From an uncultured Opitutia bacterium (GTDB lineage Bacteria; Verrucomicrobiota; Verrucomicrobiia; Opitutales; UBA953): a stretch of 34,520 bases of DNA. Both the position numbers and the translations under genes were made by a program. Position 1 is the stretch's first letter. Every line of letters begins with the position of its first letter. The notes under the pieces were generated by a model. The model made no database searches, was not told the DNA's origin, and was given only the letters and a program-made list of their open reading frames with translations. The DNA lies in assembly GCA_903929325.1 (NCBI GenBank), contig CAIYUD010000251.1:1-34520 (forward strand), given 5' to 3'. Positions 1 to 9,770 of the stretch are shown piece after piece.

Positions 1-1
1 A

Positions 2-1081
2 TCTCCCAAGCCCCTACCCGGTGAAGCCGCCTTTGAGGATACAGAGATTGGTCGCGCACCTGGACAGCTTCCTGCTGCCTCACCTTTCGAAAGCACGGGG
101 CCAACCAAATTTCGCGCCCTTCAGTACGACGAACATTCCGTCACCACAACGGAGTTCACGGATTTAGATTCTGTTGGTAAACTCGTTGGCAAGCCGGGCC
201 TAGTTTGGATTCAAGTACTCGGCATCACCGATCCTCAAATTGTCCATATCATTGGGGCATTCTTTGATATCCCCATGCTCGCGCAGGAAGATATTCTGAC
301 AGCTGCTTCGCGGCCAAAGTTTGAACAGTACGGCGAGCAAGTCTTAGCAATTGCCCGCGCGGTGCGCGTGGGTGTGACGGACGACACCCCGCGTGGGCAA
401 CAAATCTCAATCGTGACAGGTGACGGGTTCGTCATCTCCTTCCATGAAAGCGACGAAGCCATTTTCTCCGCTGTCGAGCGTCGTATTGCCGACAACAAAG
501 GCGGGATTCGCAAATGGGGGCCAGGCTACCTCCTCTACGCACTCCTCGATACCTTAGTTGACCGCCTCTTGGTCCAAACCGAAGAGATTGAAGATGCGAT
601 TACCGAAATGGAGGACCATATCTTGGTCAGCAATGAAGGTTGGGACTTAGGCGAAGTCTATCGGCTGAAGCGTGTGGTGGTACGTTTAAGCCGCTTAGCC
701 CAACCACTCAAGGATATGGTCAGCGTGCTTGAACACTACGAACACGGCCTCCTACCACCGAGCATGGATATGTTCTTCCGCGATCTCTACGACCACGCAA
801 TTCGGTCCGCCGACCGTATCGAACACGCCCGTACCATCTTACAAGACCTTCAAGAGTATCACCATACGCTACAGGAGCGTAAAACCAGTGAGATTATCCG
901 ATTACTTACGGTGTTGTCGTCCGTCTTCATTCCCCTTACGTTCGTCGTCGGCCTGTATGGCATGAACTTTAAGTATATGCCAGAGCTCGATCAACCGTAT
1001 GGGTACTTCATCGTGATCGGCGTGATGGTCGCGTTCACCGTCGGGATGCTCCTTTGGTTTAGGCGTAAGCGCTGGCTCTAA
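2..1081 (+). CDS. corA: Magnesium/cobalt transporter CorA (5' partial; start lies upstream of the window)
   Basis: The frame of the 275..1081 ORF stays open back to base 2 with no ATG/GTG/TTG. The upstream translation (KFRALQYDEHSVTTTEF...GLVWIQVLGITDP) looks like a CorA cytoplasmic domain. The C-terminus carries the YGMNF (GMN) signature between two hydrophobic helices and ends in a basic tail, RRKRWL. Confidence 0.9.
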   Translation, partial: SPKPLPGEAAFEDTEIGRAPGQLPAASPFESTGPTKFRALQYDEHSVTTTEFTDLDSVGKLVGKPGLVWIQVLGITDPQIVHIIGAFFDIPMLAQEDILTAASRPKFEQYGEQVLAIARAVRVGVTDDTPRGQQISIVTGDGFVISFHESDEAIFSAVERRIADNKGGIRKWGPGYLLYALLDTLVDRLLVQTEEIEDAITEMEDHILVSNEGWDLGEVYRLKRVVVRLSRLAQPLKDMVSVLEHYEHGLLPPSMDMFFRDLYDHAIRSADRIEHARTILQDLQEYHHTLQERKTSEIIRLLTVLSSVFIPLTFVVGLYGMNFKYMPELDQPYGYFIVIGVMVAFTVGMLLWFRRKRWL

Positions 1082-1091
1082 AGACTTAAGC

Positions 1092-3350
1092 TCAGCCGCA
1101 GTCCAAAGCGTCGACGTCTAAGATGTCGGCAACTTCGGCGTCACCGAGGATTTTTTCGCGCAACGGACGAAGGATACGCATGAAAGGAGCCACTGCTGGC
1201 ACCAGATACCATACATGGTGTCGGTGAAGATCCTTAATGCACCCAATCGGGCAAACGGTTGGCCCGCGGATTTCCACGTTCTTAGGCAAAACTTTCTCCA
1301 ACTCGCGTACCCAGTGTTCCGCCGTAAAGATGACCTTCTCTTCACTACGACCGCGGAAGAGGTGGCGGATGAGGTGACGACCTGGCGGATAACCAAATTC
1401 CTTACGCCGCTCTAATTCAGCAGCGGCAAACCCTTCGTAATCACACCGCTTCGCAAACTGAATCGGGTCTGAAGCCGGCTGGAAAGTTTGCACATAGACA
1501 ACGCCTTCGATGTCACCCCGGCCCGCGCGACCTGCCACTTGCGTCAAAAGCTGGAAAGTGCGTTCAGCCGCCCGGAAGTCAGGCATCTGCAGCGAAAGAT
1601 CGGCATCCAAAATACCCACCAATGTCACCCGCGGGAAATCAAGCCCTTTGGCAATCATCTGCGTCCCGAGCAAAATATCAATGTGCCCAGCACGGAACTT
1701 GGACAGGACTTCGCGGAATAAATGTTTCTTACCCATCGTGTCTGCATCCATCCGGGCGACACGCGCACGTGGAAAGAGCTGTGCGAGTACTTCTTCTGCA
1801 CGCTGGGTGCCGTGTCCCTTCCAGCGAATCTCGGGAGACTTACACGCAGGACAAATCGTCGGGGCCGGTGCACGGTAATCACACAAATGGCAGCGGACGG
1901 TATGATCTGTCCGATGAAGTGTCAGAGGCACGCTACAATGTGGACACGGGGTGGCCTGACCGCAGGCAGGACATACACATGCCCGGGAATGCCCCCTTCG
2001 ATTTAGAAAGAGAATGGATTGCTCACGGCGCTCAAGTCTCTCGCGCAAACCGTCGACCAACTCGCGCGCCAATACAGGTGAGCCTTTCGCATGTAAGACC
2101 TCACGTCGCATATCAATAATGCGGAAGGCTGGCATTGGGCGGTCGTCGACCCTCTTAGAAAGACGCACAAACCCATAACGGCCGGCTTGTGCATTAGACC
2201 AAGTCTCAAGCGATGGCGTAGCGGAACCGAGAATACAGGTAGCATTCAGGAGTTTTGCCCGCATCACCGCGACATCACGTCCGTGGTAAAGGGGCGTCTC
2301 TGACTGCTTAAACGATGGCTCGTGCTCCTCGTCGACAACGATGAGACGGACATCGGGTAAAGGCGCAAAAATTGCGGAACGTGCACCCACAACTACCCTC
2401 GCCTGCCCAAGTGCCATGGCCATCCAGGCATCAAAACGTTCGCCAGCAGAAAGGTGACTATGCCACACCACAACCTGAGTACCAAGGTCTGCCAGCCGTG
2501 ACCGCAAGCGGCCAACTGTCTGCGGCGTCAGCGCTACTTCAGGCACCAGAAAGATTGCTGATCCTCCAAGCTGAAGTGCCTGACGGATGAGAGAAATATA
2601 GACTTCGGTCTTACCTGACCCCGTAACGCCGTGAAGGAGGTGCGTCTTGAATTGTCGCTGAGACAAAGACTCGCCCATCGATGTTACGGCTGCCGCTTGC
2701 TCCGGGTTTAAGGTGTGACCGGCAGATGCGACAATTTCAGAATCTGCGAAAGGGTCATCATACGCTGTTCGTAAAATGACTTTGGCCTCTTCAGCAACGA
2801 GGCCCTTTGTAATGAGGCTATCCACAGCTGATTGTCCGATACCCAAACCTTCTGTCGCTTTGTTGCGTTCGACGGGCACAACTTGTGCACTCAAGAAATC
2901 TATCAGTAGCGCTTGCTTGGGTGCACGTCGACGGAGAGCCACCAATACTTCAGCGTCCACAGGCTTCACCAAAGTTAGCAATCTGCGTAATACAGGTCGT
3001 ACACCTGTACGCACGGCCGAAGGTAAAACCGTTTCGAGTACGGAATTAAAACTGCAGCCGTAATACTCGGCCATCCACTCCGCGAGACGACAGACGTCGT
3101 CCGTTAACACAGGCTGCTCATGCTCAAGTGTTGTGATCGGCCGCAAGCGCGTACCTTCGGGTGGCTCCGCAGGAACTTTCCAGACAACACCTAACTTCAC
3201 ACGATTCCCCAAGGGAACGCGTACGAGGTGACCAACTTTGAGAACTGCCTGCAGAGCTTTGGGAATGGAATAGGTGTACGGTCGCGACCCCCCGTCAAAA
3301 GGGACCACTTCTACCGCTCCTGCGGCAATCTCTCCAAAGAGGTCAGGCAC
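1092..3350 (-). CDS. priA: Primosomal protein N' / replication restart helicase PriA
   Basis: 752 aa. Walker A GVTGSGKTEVY, DExH box VVDEEHE, and the PriA-typical Cys-rich zinc insertion (CPACGQATPCPHC...CHLCDY...CPACKS). GTG start read from the sequence. Confidence 0.93.
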   Translation of the reverse strand: MPDLFGEIAAGAVEVVPFDGGSRPYTYSIPKALQAVLKVGHLVRVPLGNRVKLGVVWKVPAEPPEGTRLRPITTLEHEQPVLTDDVCRLAEWMAEYYGCSFNSVLETVLPSAVRTGVRPVLRRLLTLVKPVDAEVLVALRRRAPKQALLIDFLSAQVVPVERNKATEGLGIGQSAVDSLITKGLVAEEAKVILRTAYDDPFADSEIVASAGHTLNPEQAAAVTSMGESLSQRQFKTHLLHGVTGSGKTEVYISLIRQALQLGGSAIFLVPEVALTPQTVGRLRSRLADLGTQVVVWHSHLSAGERFDAWMAMALGQARVVVGARSAIFAPLPDVRLIVVDEEHEPSFKQSETPLYHGRDVAVMRAKLLNATCILGSATPSLETWSNAQAGRYGFVRLSKRVDDRPMPAFRIIDMRREVLHAKGSPVLARELVDGLRERLERREQSILFLNRRGHSRACVCPACGQATPCPHCSVPLTLHRTDHTVRCHLCDYRAPAPTICPACKSPEIRWKGHGTQRAEEVLAQLFPRARVARMDADTMGKKHLFREVLSKFRAGHIDILLGTQMIAKGLDFPRVTLVGILDADLSLQMPDFRAAERTFQLLTQVAGRAGRGDIEGVVYVQTFQPASDPIQFAKRCDYEGFAAAELERRKEFGYPPGRHLIRHLFRGRSEEKVIFTAEHWVRELEKVLPKNVEIRGPTVCPIGCIKDLHRHHVWYLVPAVAPFMRILRPLREKILGDAEVADILDVDALDCG

Positions 3351-3380
3351 GCCCTACCTTCGCCTCGTCTGTGGCAGGAT

Positions 3381-4091
3381 TCAAGCCAAGGGCTTGCTCG
3401 GACGTGAATGTGAGGCAATCCGAACGCACATCAGCGCCCACATACAGCCAATAGCATTGGCTACGGCCAACTGTAGGTCGGCAGGCAGGCTGTAAAAGAT
3501 GGCCGTACCTGGAATCCACACCAACCAGTTAGGTAGAAGGTTTGGGACGACAATGCGACGGTACCATCCGGATCCAAGCTGGGCACGTAATGCAGTAAAG
3601 TCCCAGCCGAGGTCCTTCCAGAGATGTGAAACTGCGTTAAAAGGTGCCCCAACAAAAATCGTGAAGACACTCATATCACACGCAACCTTCGCTAAAACAA
3701 TCGCTGGCGTTAAATCAGCTCCGGGTGCAGGTCCAAATAGAAAAGTTAAGAGCGCATAAAACTGGTCAACGACTAGTCCCATGAGCGCCCACCAAATCAA
3801 ACTGTGCAGAAGATCGCGCCAAGGATAAACTGGACGAAGCGATTTCAGCGCCATCCGCAGCGCCCAGGGGATGAGGCCTGCCGTCAATGACGTCGAGACC
3901 ATCGCAAAAACTAAAGTGTTCTTACGTCGGACAGAGGCAATCACCTCCATAGCATCATGTACGGCCGCAACGTGGTAATACGCAAAGGCAACTACGGCGG
4001 CTAATCCCAAAACCAATGAGGCAGGGATAGCGACTTCGCCGGCCGCGCGCCGACCCGCCGTCCAAGGTGAATCTTCGGAGAGCGTACTCAT
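3381..4091 (-). CDS. Integral membrane protein with an Mpv17/PMP22-like C-terminal pattern (function unknown)
   Basis: 236 aa with several hydrophobic helices. Its ATG overlaps the gatB stop (ATGA, 4088-4091). The C-terminal stretch NLLPNWLVWIPGTAIFYSLPADLQLAVANAIGCMWAL resembles the Mpv17/PMP22 signature (NW.VWP....F..VP...R......W). This match is from memory, not from a search. Confidence 0.6.
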   Translation of the reverse strand: MSTLSEDSPWTAGRRAAGEVAIPASLVLGLAAVVAFAYYHVAAVHDAMEVIASVRRKNTLVFAMVSTSLTAGLIPWALRMALKSLRPVYPWRDLLHSLIWWALMGLVVDQFYALLTFLFGPAPGADLTPAIVLAKVACDMSVFTIFVGAPFNAVSHLWKDLGWDFTALRAQLGSGWYRRIVVPNLLPNWLVWIPGTAIFYSLPADLQLAVANAIGCMWALMCVRIASHSRPSKPLA

Positions 4092-5587
4092 CCAAGAAGC
4101 TTACGTAGGATTTCGTCAATCATCGCAGGGTTAGCCTTGCCACCGGTGCGCTTCATAATCGGACCCTTCAAAGCATTAATAGCTTTAGCATTACCCGCTC
4201 GGTATTCGGCAATCGATTTGGCGACAGCAGGATCTTCAATCACTGCACGGACAACTGCTTCAAGCTCATCACTATTACTGTTCTGACGAAGCCCCTTGGC
4301 ATCGACAATCGCAGCCGGCTCAAGGCCTGTCTTAAACATTTCCGCAAAGACTTCTTTCGCTTGCTGCTTAGAAATACCGCCTTCGTCCGTCAGACGAACA
4401 AGGGCAGCTAATGCCTCTGGCTTTATCCGACAGTCCTTTAAGCTTAAAGCAGCGGAAACCTCACCCGTGAGCGGATCTTTCTCTGTCGAAGCCGCAAGCT
4501 CACGCAGCAAATCGTTGGCCACAAGGTTAGCGATGCCTACGGGGTTTGCGGGATAAGCGGAGACCGCAGCCTCAAACCAACGCGACAAAGCCAAATCGGC
4601 CACCAATACGGAAGCTGCGGTGTAAGGCAGACCCAACGCGTCCATATAGCGACGCTGACGTTCAAAGGGACGTTCCGGTAAATCCTTACGGATGCGCTCC
4701 ACCGTATCCCGCGAAATAGTTACGGAAGGAATATCGGGGTCTGGGAAGTAACGGTAATCGTGGGCATCTTCTTTATCGCGCAAGACATAGCCGCGACCCG
4801 CCTCAGCGTTCCAGCCACGTGTTTCTTGCACTATCGCCCTACCCGCTTCGAGTTCGCGAGTTTGTCGAGCCACTTCAAATTCAATGGCTGCGCGTACGCC
4901 GGAGATGGAGTTTAGATTCTTCGTTTCAGAACGGGTGCCAAGGGGCGCACCTGGGCGACGCAGTGAAACATTAGCATCACAACGTAACTGCCCTTTTTCC
5001 ATGTCACAATCAGCCACGCCAGCTTGCGTAATCACCGCAATCAACGCCTTCAAAAAGGCTTCGGCTTCAACCGAGGAGCGCAAATCAGGTTCGGTAACAA
5101 TTTCTAACAAGGGCACGCCCGCACGGTTATAATCAACAAGCGAGCCGCCAGCTGCATGACTAAGTTTGCCGACATCCTCTTCAAGGTGCGCATGGTGCAC
5201 GCGGACGACGCGGTGTTCGCCCATGACATTACGCGAAGCCCCTGGCATCTCTACCTCAACCGTGCCACCCACAACGACAGGGTAATCCTTTTGCGTTAAC
5301 TGATAGTTCTTTGGATTATCAGGATAGAAATAGTTCTTACGATCCCAAGCGCACATCGCGGGAATCTCGGCGCCAATCGCGAGACCGAAACGTATGGATT
5401 GCTCGAGTGCAGCGCGGTTGACGACTGGCAAGGTCCCTGGAAGCCCGAGAACAACGGGGTCGACTTGGGTATTTGGCTCAGCCCCAAAGCCCCAGGGAGC
5501 TGAAGCAAAAACTTTGGCGCGTGTATGCAGCTGCACATGGACCTCAAGCCCGATGACCACTTCCCATCCCGATGCTTCGGTACTCAT
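4088..5587 (-). CDS. gatB: Asp-tRNA(Asn)/Glu-tRNA(Gln) amidotransferase subunit B
   Basis: 499 aa. N-terminus WEVVIGLEVHVQL, plus DYNRAGVPLLEIVTEPD and a C-terminal GatB/YqeY-like tail. The ATG overlaps the gatA stop by 4 nt. Confidence 0.95.
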   Translation of the reverse strand: MSTEASGWEVVIGLEVHVQLHTRAKVFASAPWGFGAEPNTQVDPVVLGLPGTLPVVNRAALEQSIRFGLAIGAEIPAMCAWDRKNYFYPDNPKNYQLTQKDYPVVVGGTVEVEMPGASRNVMGEHRVVRVHHAHLEEDVGKLSHAAGGSLVDYNRAGVPLLEIVTEPDLRSSVEAEAFLKALIAVITQAGVADCDMEKGQLRCDANVSLRRPGAPLGTRSETKNLNSISGVRAAIEFEVARQTRELEAGRAIVQETRGWNAEAGRGYVLRDKEDAHDYRYFPDPDIPSVTISRDTVERIRKDLPERPFERQRRYMDALGLPYTAASVLVADLALSRWFEAAVSAYPANPVGIANLVANDLLRELAASTEKDPLTGEVSAALSLKDCRIKPEALAALVRLTDEGGISKQQAKEVFAEMFKTGLEPAAIVDAKGLRQNSNSDELEAVVRAVIEDPAVAKSIAEYRAGNAKAINALKGPIMKRTGGKANPAMIDEILRKLLG

Positions 5588-7032
5588 GGCGCAATACGGT
5601 TAGCAAGGGCGTGACTGCCCTCAAATTGACGCGCTAAGGCAAAGAGAATTGGCTCAGCTTGGGGTGCTCCGACCAAATGAATACCTACCGGTAAATTATT
5701 GGCCATACCCACAGGGAATGAAAGCGCGGGCAATCCCGCCAAATTTGCAGGAATGGTAAAGAGGTCTTCTAAATACATCTTTAGCGGATCCGCAGCTTTT
5801 TCTCCGAGACGAAATGCGGTGGATGGTACCGTCGGCGTGACCAGTGCATCAACTTGCTGAAGTGCTGTAAGGTATTCGTCGCGAATACGCGTACGGGCGA
5901 GTAAAGCTTTGCCGTAGTAAGCGTCTGCATAGCCAGCACTGAGCACAAAGGTACCTAGGAGAATACGTCGCTTAACCTCAGCGCCAAAACCTTCGGAGCG
6001 CGACCGCTCCATCATATCGACGGGATTTAAAACGCCCTGCGCCCGGTGACCATAGCGTACGCCGTCGTAGCGACCCAAATTCGAAGAAGCTTCGGCCGTT
6101 GCGACGACATAGTAAGTCGGCACAGCTAGGCCAGCGGTTGGCAGAGCAACGTCGACCAACTCGCAGCCTGCCGCACGGTAGAATTCAAGGGCGGCATCAA
6201 AGGCAGTACGGACTCCTGCGTCGACACCTTCAAGTAACGCGCGAGGGACGCCGAGACGGGGCTTACGGTTTTGAGGAAGGTGCACCGGCTTACGTTCAGC
6301 CGCCGTAAAGCATGTCATGTCGCGCGCATCGGGCGCGGCGAGTGCATGGAATAATAATTCGCAGTCATCCACGTTACGTGCGAACGGTCCGATTTGGTCG
6401 AGCGAGGAAGCGAAAGCGACGAGACCGTAGCGCGAAACCATACCGTAGGTCGGCTTCAGTCCAACCAAGCCACAATGCGATGCAGGCTGCCGGATGGATC
6501 CACCCGTATCTGAACCCAGCGCCAGGGGAACGAGGCCAGCGGCCACCGAAGCGGCACTGCCACCAGAAGATCCACCAGGCGTGCGATCCTTGTCCCATGG
6601 ATTGCGGGCTGGACCTGTTGCCGATGTTTCCGTGGAAGAACCCATCGCAAACTCATCCATGTTCAAACGACCATAGAGGATTGCGCCAGCTGCTTTTAAT
6701 CTTTCAGCGACAGTGCTGTCGTATGGAGAAATAAATCCAGCGAGCATCTTACTTGAGCACGTTAATGGCTGCTCACGCACAGCGATATTATCTTTAATGC
6801 CCACAGGAATACCGTCCAACGGCCCCAGGGATTTTCCTTCAGCACGTCGACGATCGGCGGCGTCTGCTTGGCGCAGGACATCTTCGGTATCTAAAGAATT
6901 AAAGGCTCCTAAAACCGTGTGTGTCTTCGCACGGGCTAATAACGATTCTACCAGCGCACGCGAGGTGACCGCTCCTGTCGCTAGGCGACGTGAGAGCTCG
7001 GCGGCGGACAATGTATGTAAGGACTCAGACAT
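5584..7032 (-). CDS. gatA: Glu-tRNA(Gln) amidotransferase subunit A (amidase signature family)
   Basis: 482 aa. Amidase signature GGSSGGSAASVAAG...GSDTGGSIRQPA and IKDNI near the N-terminus. It starts 2 nt after the gatC stop. Confidence 0.95.
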   Translation of the reverse strand: MSESLHTLSAAELSRRLATGAVTSRALVESLLARAKTHTVLGAFNSLDTEDVLRQADAADRRRAEGKSLGPLDGIPVGIKDNIAVREQPLTCSSKMLAGFISPYDSTVAERLKAAGAILYGRLNMDEFAMGSSTETSATGPARNPWDKDRTPGGSSGGSAASVAAGLVPLALGSDTGGSIRQPASHCGLVGLKPTYGMVSRYGLVAFASSLDQIGPFARNVDDCELLFHALAAPDARDMTCFTAAERKPVHLPQNRKPRLGVPRALLEGVDAGVRTAFDAALEFYRAAGCELVDVALPTAGLAVPTYYVVATAEASSNLGRYDGVRYGHRAQGVLNPVDMMERSRSEGFGAEVKRRILLGTFVLSAGYADAYYGKALLARTRIRDEYLTALQQVDALVTPTVPSTAFRLGEKAADPLKMYLEDLFTIPANLAGLPALSFPVGMANNLPVGIHLVGAPQAEPILFALARQFEGSHALANRIAP

Positions 7033-7034
7033 AC

Positions 7035-7328
7035 TTAGGCTTCATCATCAACGACCCGAGGTACGGAAATCTGGCCATCACGGGAAGCAGGTGCGTTCCG
7101 CAGCACTGCTTCGGAGCCTAATATTTCGCCGGGTATATCCTGGCGTAAGGAAACGTCTGAAACGGTTATACGGAAAGGGGCGGCAGTCTTGCTTAAATCT
7201 GCTTCTGCAAGCTGACGGAAGTGTCCGAGCACTTGGCTTAGTTGACCCTCGTAGAGAGTTCGCTCCTCGGACGTCAGGCGAAGACGGGCAAGGCGCGCGA
7301 TATGATCAATGTCGAGTCCCTCAGCCAT
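7035..7328 (-). CDS. gatC: Glu-tRNA(Gln) amidotransferase subunit C
   Basis: GatC-like N-terminus DIDHIARLARLRLTSEE. I chose the internal ATG at 7328 (MAEGLDIDH...), which lies 5 nt downstream of the pheT stop (7334-7336). The track start at 7352 would overlap pheT by 19 nt. Confidence 0.85.
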   Translation of the reverse strand: MAEGLDIDHIARLARLRLTSEERTLYEGQLSQVLGHFRQLAEADLSKTAAPFRITVSDVSLRQDIPGEILGSEAVLRNAPASRDGQISVPRVVDDEA

Positions 7329-7333
7329 AGGTT

Positions 7334-9766
7334 TTAACGGCGTACCGTCCAACCCGCCTTAGCAGCGGCGGCAGCAACCTGATCGAGGGCAGCCGTGACC
7401 TCAGTGTCAGTGAGCGTGCGGGTACTGTGACGAAGAGTAATTTCGAAAGCTAAACTGCGAGTATTCGGCGCAAGGCCTTCGCCCGAGAAAACATCGAAGC
7501 AGGTGACCGCTTCGACATCGATTTCCTTGCCCACTGCTTTCGCAGCAGCCTGGCGAAGACGCTCAGCGACATCGCCAGCACCGGTCGACGTCGGAACAAC
7601 TAAAGCAATGTCACGTGTAACCGGCGGGAAAGAACTGAAGGCTTCAAAACGAGCCGACTTCCTTGCCGAAATAAATGTCGCTCGGGGTAGCAGAATTTCA
7701 CCCGCAATCACAGATCCACGAATGTCCAAGGTACGTGTCCAACGTAAATCGAGGATACCGCAAGCTCCCTCAGCCGCGCGACCACGGTCGGCGAGTGTCG
7801 CTGCATGGCCTTCTTGCCAGAGACCACTGGAAACATCGGACCACGTGAGGCGCGTGTTCGCGACTCCTGCAGCCGTGGCTATACCCGTGAGTAAACGCTT
7901 CGCGCTAAATAAATCAAAAGGTTCGCGCGTCTTCCAACTACGCCGTGGGGCTTCTGTTAAAACCACAAAACCAATCGAGAGACATTCGCGCACTTGCCCG
8001 TCGGCCATCGGGCGGAAAACCGCACCCACTTCAAAGAGCTGACGCGGTTCTGCATGAACCGAAAGGTTTAATTGGAGTGCGCGGGCAAGACCTGGAATCA
8101 ATGATGCGCGTAAATGGGTCTGATCGGCAGTCAGAGGGTTCTGCAAGGCGAGTTGTGCAGAACTTTTTGCATCAAGAACGCGAGTGACTTCAGCGACATC
8201 GCATAGCGAGTAGTGATAACACTCCGAAAAGCCTGCACCGGCGAGACGCAGTGCTACTTCGTGTACGAAACTTGCGGCTGGTGACTCTTCTTCGCCAGGC
8301 AAGGGAGCCAGTGGACGGCCAACAGGGACCTGAGCTGTTCCGTGAATACGGATGTATTCCTCCACCAAGTCGATGGGGCGATCGACGTCGGATCGGAATG
8401 AAGGCACGGTGACCTCAAGGCCTGTATTCGTGGCGTGCACGGTAAATCCAATGCGGCGCAGAACAGCCGAGACATGCTCCTCGGGCGCAGGCGTCCCAAG
8501 TTTAGCAGCCACAAATCCATTGGGCAGTTTGATGGTGCGATCGGATCGGGGAGCTTTACCGACAACAACCGCTGGGCCGACCACACGCGCACCGGCATGC
8601 TCAATTAATAAATCCGCAGCTAAGCGCGCAGCTAGGTCCACTCCAGCAGGATCGACGTCACGGGCAAAACGCTGCGAGGAGTCTGTCGCTAAAGTATACT
8701 GACGAGCGACGCGACGGACCTCGCCAGGAACAAACCAAGCAGACTCTAAAATGACATCGGTGGTGGTGGTAGCCACACCGCTTTCAGCACCACCCATAAC
8801 GCCAGCCAGAACCAACGGGCGTGCTTCGTCTGCAATGACGCAGGTATTAGCATCCAACGTCAGCACGCGACCATCCAATAAAGTAAGGGTTTCGCCGGCA
8901 CGCGCCGAACGCACTTCGATACCGCCTTTAACCTTTGCCGCGTCGAAAGCATGCAAGGGCTGACCTGTCTGCAACATCACCCAATTGGTAATATCGACGA
9001 CATTGTTCACTGCACGCAGACCTGCGGCCTCAAGGTCACGTCGCATCCAATCCGGCGAAGGCCCTACTTTGACATCACGCAAGGTGCGCAGGGTGTAATA
9101 CGGACATGTTTTAGAACTACTTTTAACGAAACCAAAGGCGTCCTTGGAGCTCGGCTTATCGGTTGTGCCGCTCGGTGCACGTGCTTCCAACGGTTTGAGT
9201 GGTCGACCCAGCGAAGCTGCAATTTCGCGTGCTACACCACGTAAGCCCAAGCAATCGCCACGGTTAGCGGTGACGGCAACTTCAAGGACGACATCCGGCG
9301 ACGGGAAAAGTTTATGGATAGGTGTGCCGAGTGCTGGCGCGCGTGCAGTCAAAATGAGCAAACCATCTTCACCTGCAGGCAAACCGAGTTCGGTTGCCGA
9401 ACAAAGCATGCCATGGGAATCGACGTCGCGAAGTTTCGAAGATTTGATTTCGAAATTTCCGGGAAGAATCGCTCCGGGTAAAGCAACCGGCACGCGGTCA
9501 TTGACTTTAAAATTCTTAGCACCGCATACGATTTGGCGGAGGACGCCATCACCGGTATCAACTTGGCAAACACTCAATCGATCTGCCTTCGGGTGTTTTT
9601 CGAACGAGCGAATCTCGCCAACGACAAGATGCTCGATGGGCTGCAGGCCAAAGGTGGTAACCGAATCGACTTCGAGGCCGAGCATTGGCAGTAATTCGGA
9701 AACCTGTGTCGGGGTAACCCCAGACAGATCGACATGGCGCTCGAGTGATTGAAATGAAACGCGCAT
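7334..9766 (-). CDS. pheT: Phenylalanine-tRNA ligase beta subunit
   Basis: Conserved start MRVSFQSLERHVDL at ATG 9766, 4 nt after the pheS stop (9771-9773). Contains tRNA-binding, B3/4, B5 and FDX-ACB-like regions. The first 63 codons of the track ORF run inside pheS and look non-coding. Confidence 0.92.
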   Translation of the reverse strand: MRVSFQSLERHVDLSGVTPTQVSELLPMLGLEVDSVTTFGLQPIEHLVVGEIRSFEKHPKADRLSVCQVDTGDGVLRQIVCGAKNFKVNDRVPVALPGAILPGNFEIKSSKLRDVDSHGMLCSATELGLPAGEDGLLILTARAPALGTPIHKLFPSPDVVLEVAVTANRGDCLGLRGVAREIAASLGRPLKPLEARAPSGTTDKPSSKDAFGFVKSSSKTCPYYTLRTLRDVKVGPSPDWMRRDLEAAGLRAVNNVVDITNWVMLQTGQPLHAFDAAKVKGGIEVRSARAGETLTLLDGRVLTLDANTCVIADEARPLVLAGVMGGAESGVATTTTDVILESAWFVPGEVRRVARQYTLATDSSQRFARDVDPAGVDLAARLAADLLIEHAGARVVGPAVVVGKAPRSDRTIKLPNGFVAAKLGTPAPEEHVSAVLRRIGFTVHATNTGLEVTVPSFRSDVDRPIDLVEEYIRIHGTAQVPVGRPLAPLPGEEESPAASFVHEVALRLAGAGFSECYHYSLCDVAEVTRVLDAKSSAQLALQNPLTADQTHLRASLIPGLARALQLNLSVHAEPRQLFEVGAVFRPMADGQVRECLSIGFVVLTEAPRRSWKTREPFDLFSAKRLLTGIATAAGVANTRLTWSDVSSGLWQEGHAATLADRGRAAEGACGILDLRWTRTLDIRGSVIAGEILLPRATFISARKSARFEAFSSFPPVTRDIALVVPTSTGAGDVAERLRQAAAKAVGKEIDVEAVTCFDVFSGEGLAPNTRSLAFEITLRHSTRTLTDTEVTAALDQVAAAAAKAGWTVRR

Positions 9767-9770
9767 GGTC

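Noticed and set aside
235-513. 92-aa minus-strand ORF
   Set aside because: It is antisense to the CorA cytoplasmic domain and has no motifs.
6099-9752. Multiple plus-strand ORFs of 60-205 aa (for example 6312-6734, 6713-7330, 7503-8042, 9144-9752)
   Set aside because: All are antisense to gatA, gatC or pheT. They are Arg/Ser/Pro-rich, as expected for the reverse frame of GC-biased genes, and none has a recognisable domain.
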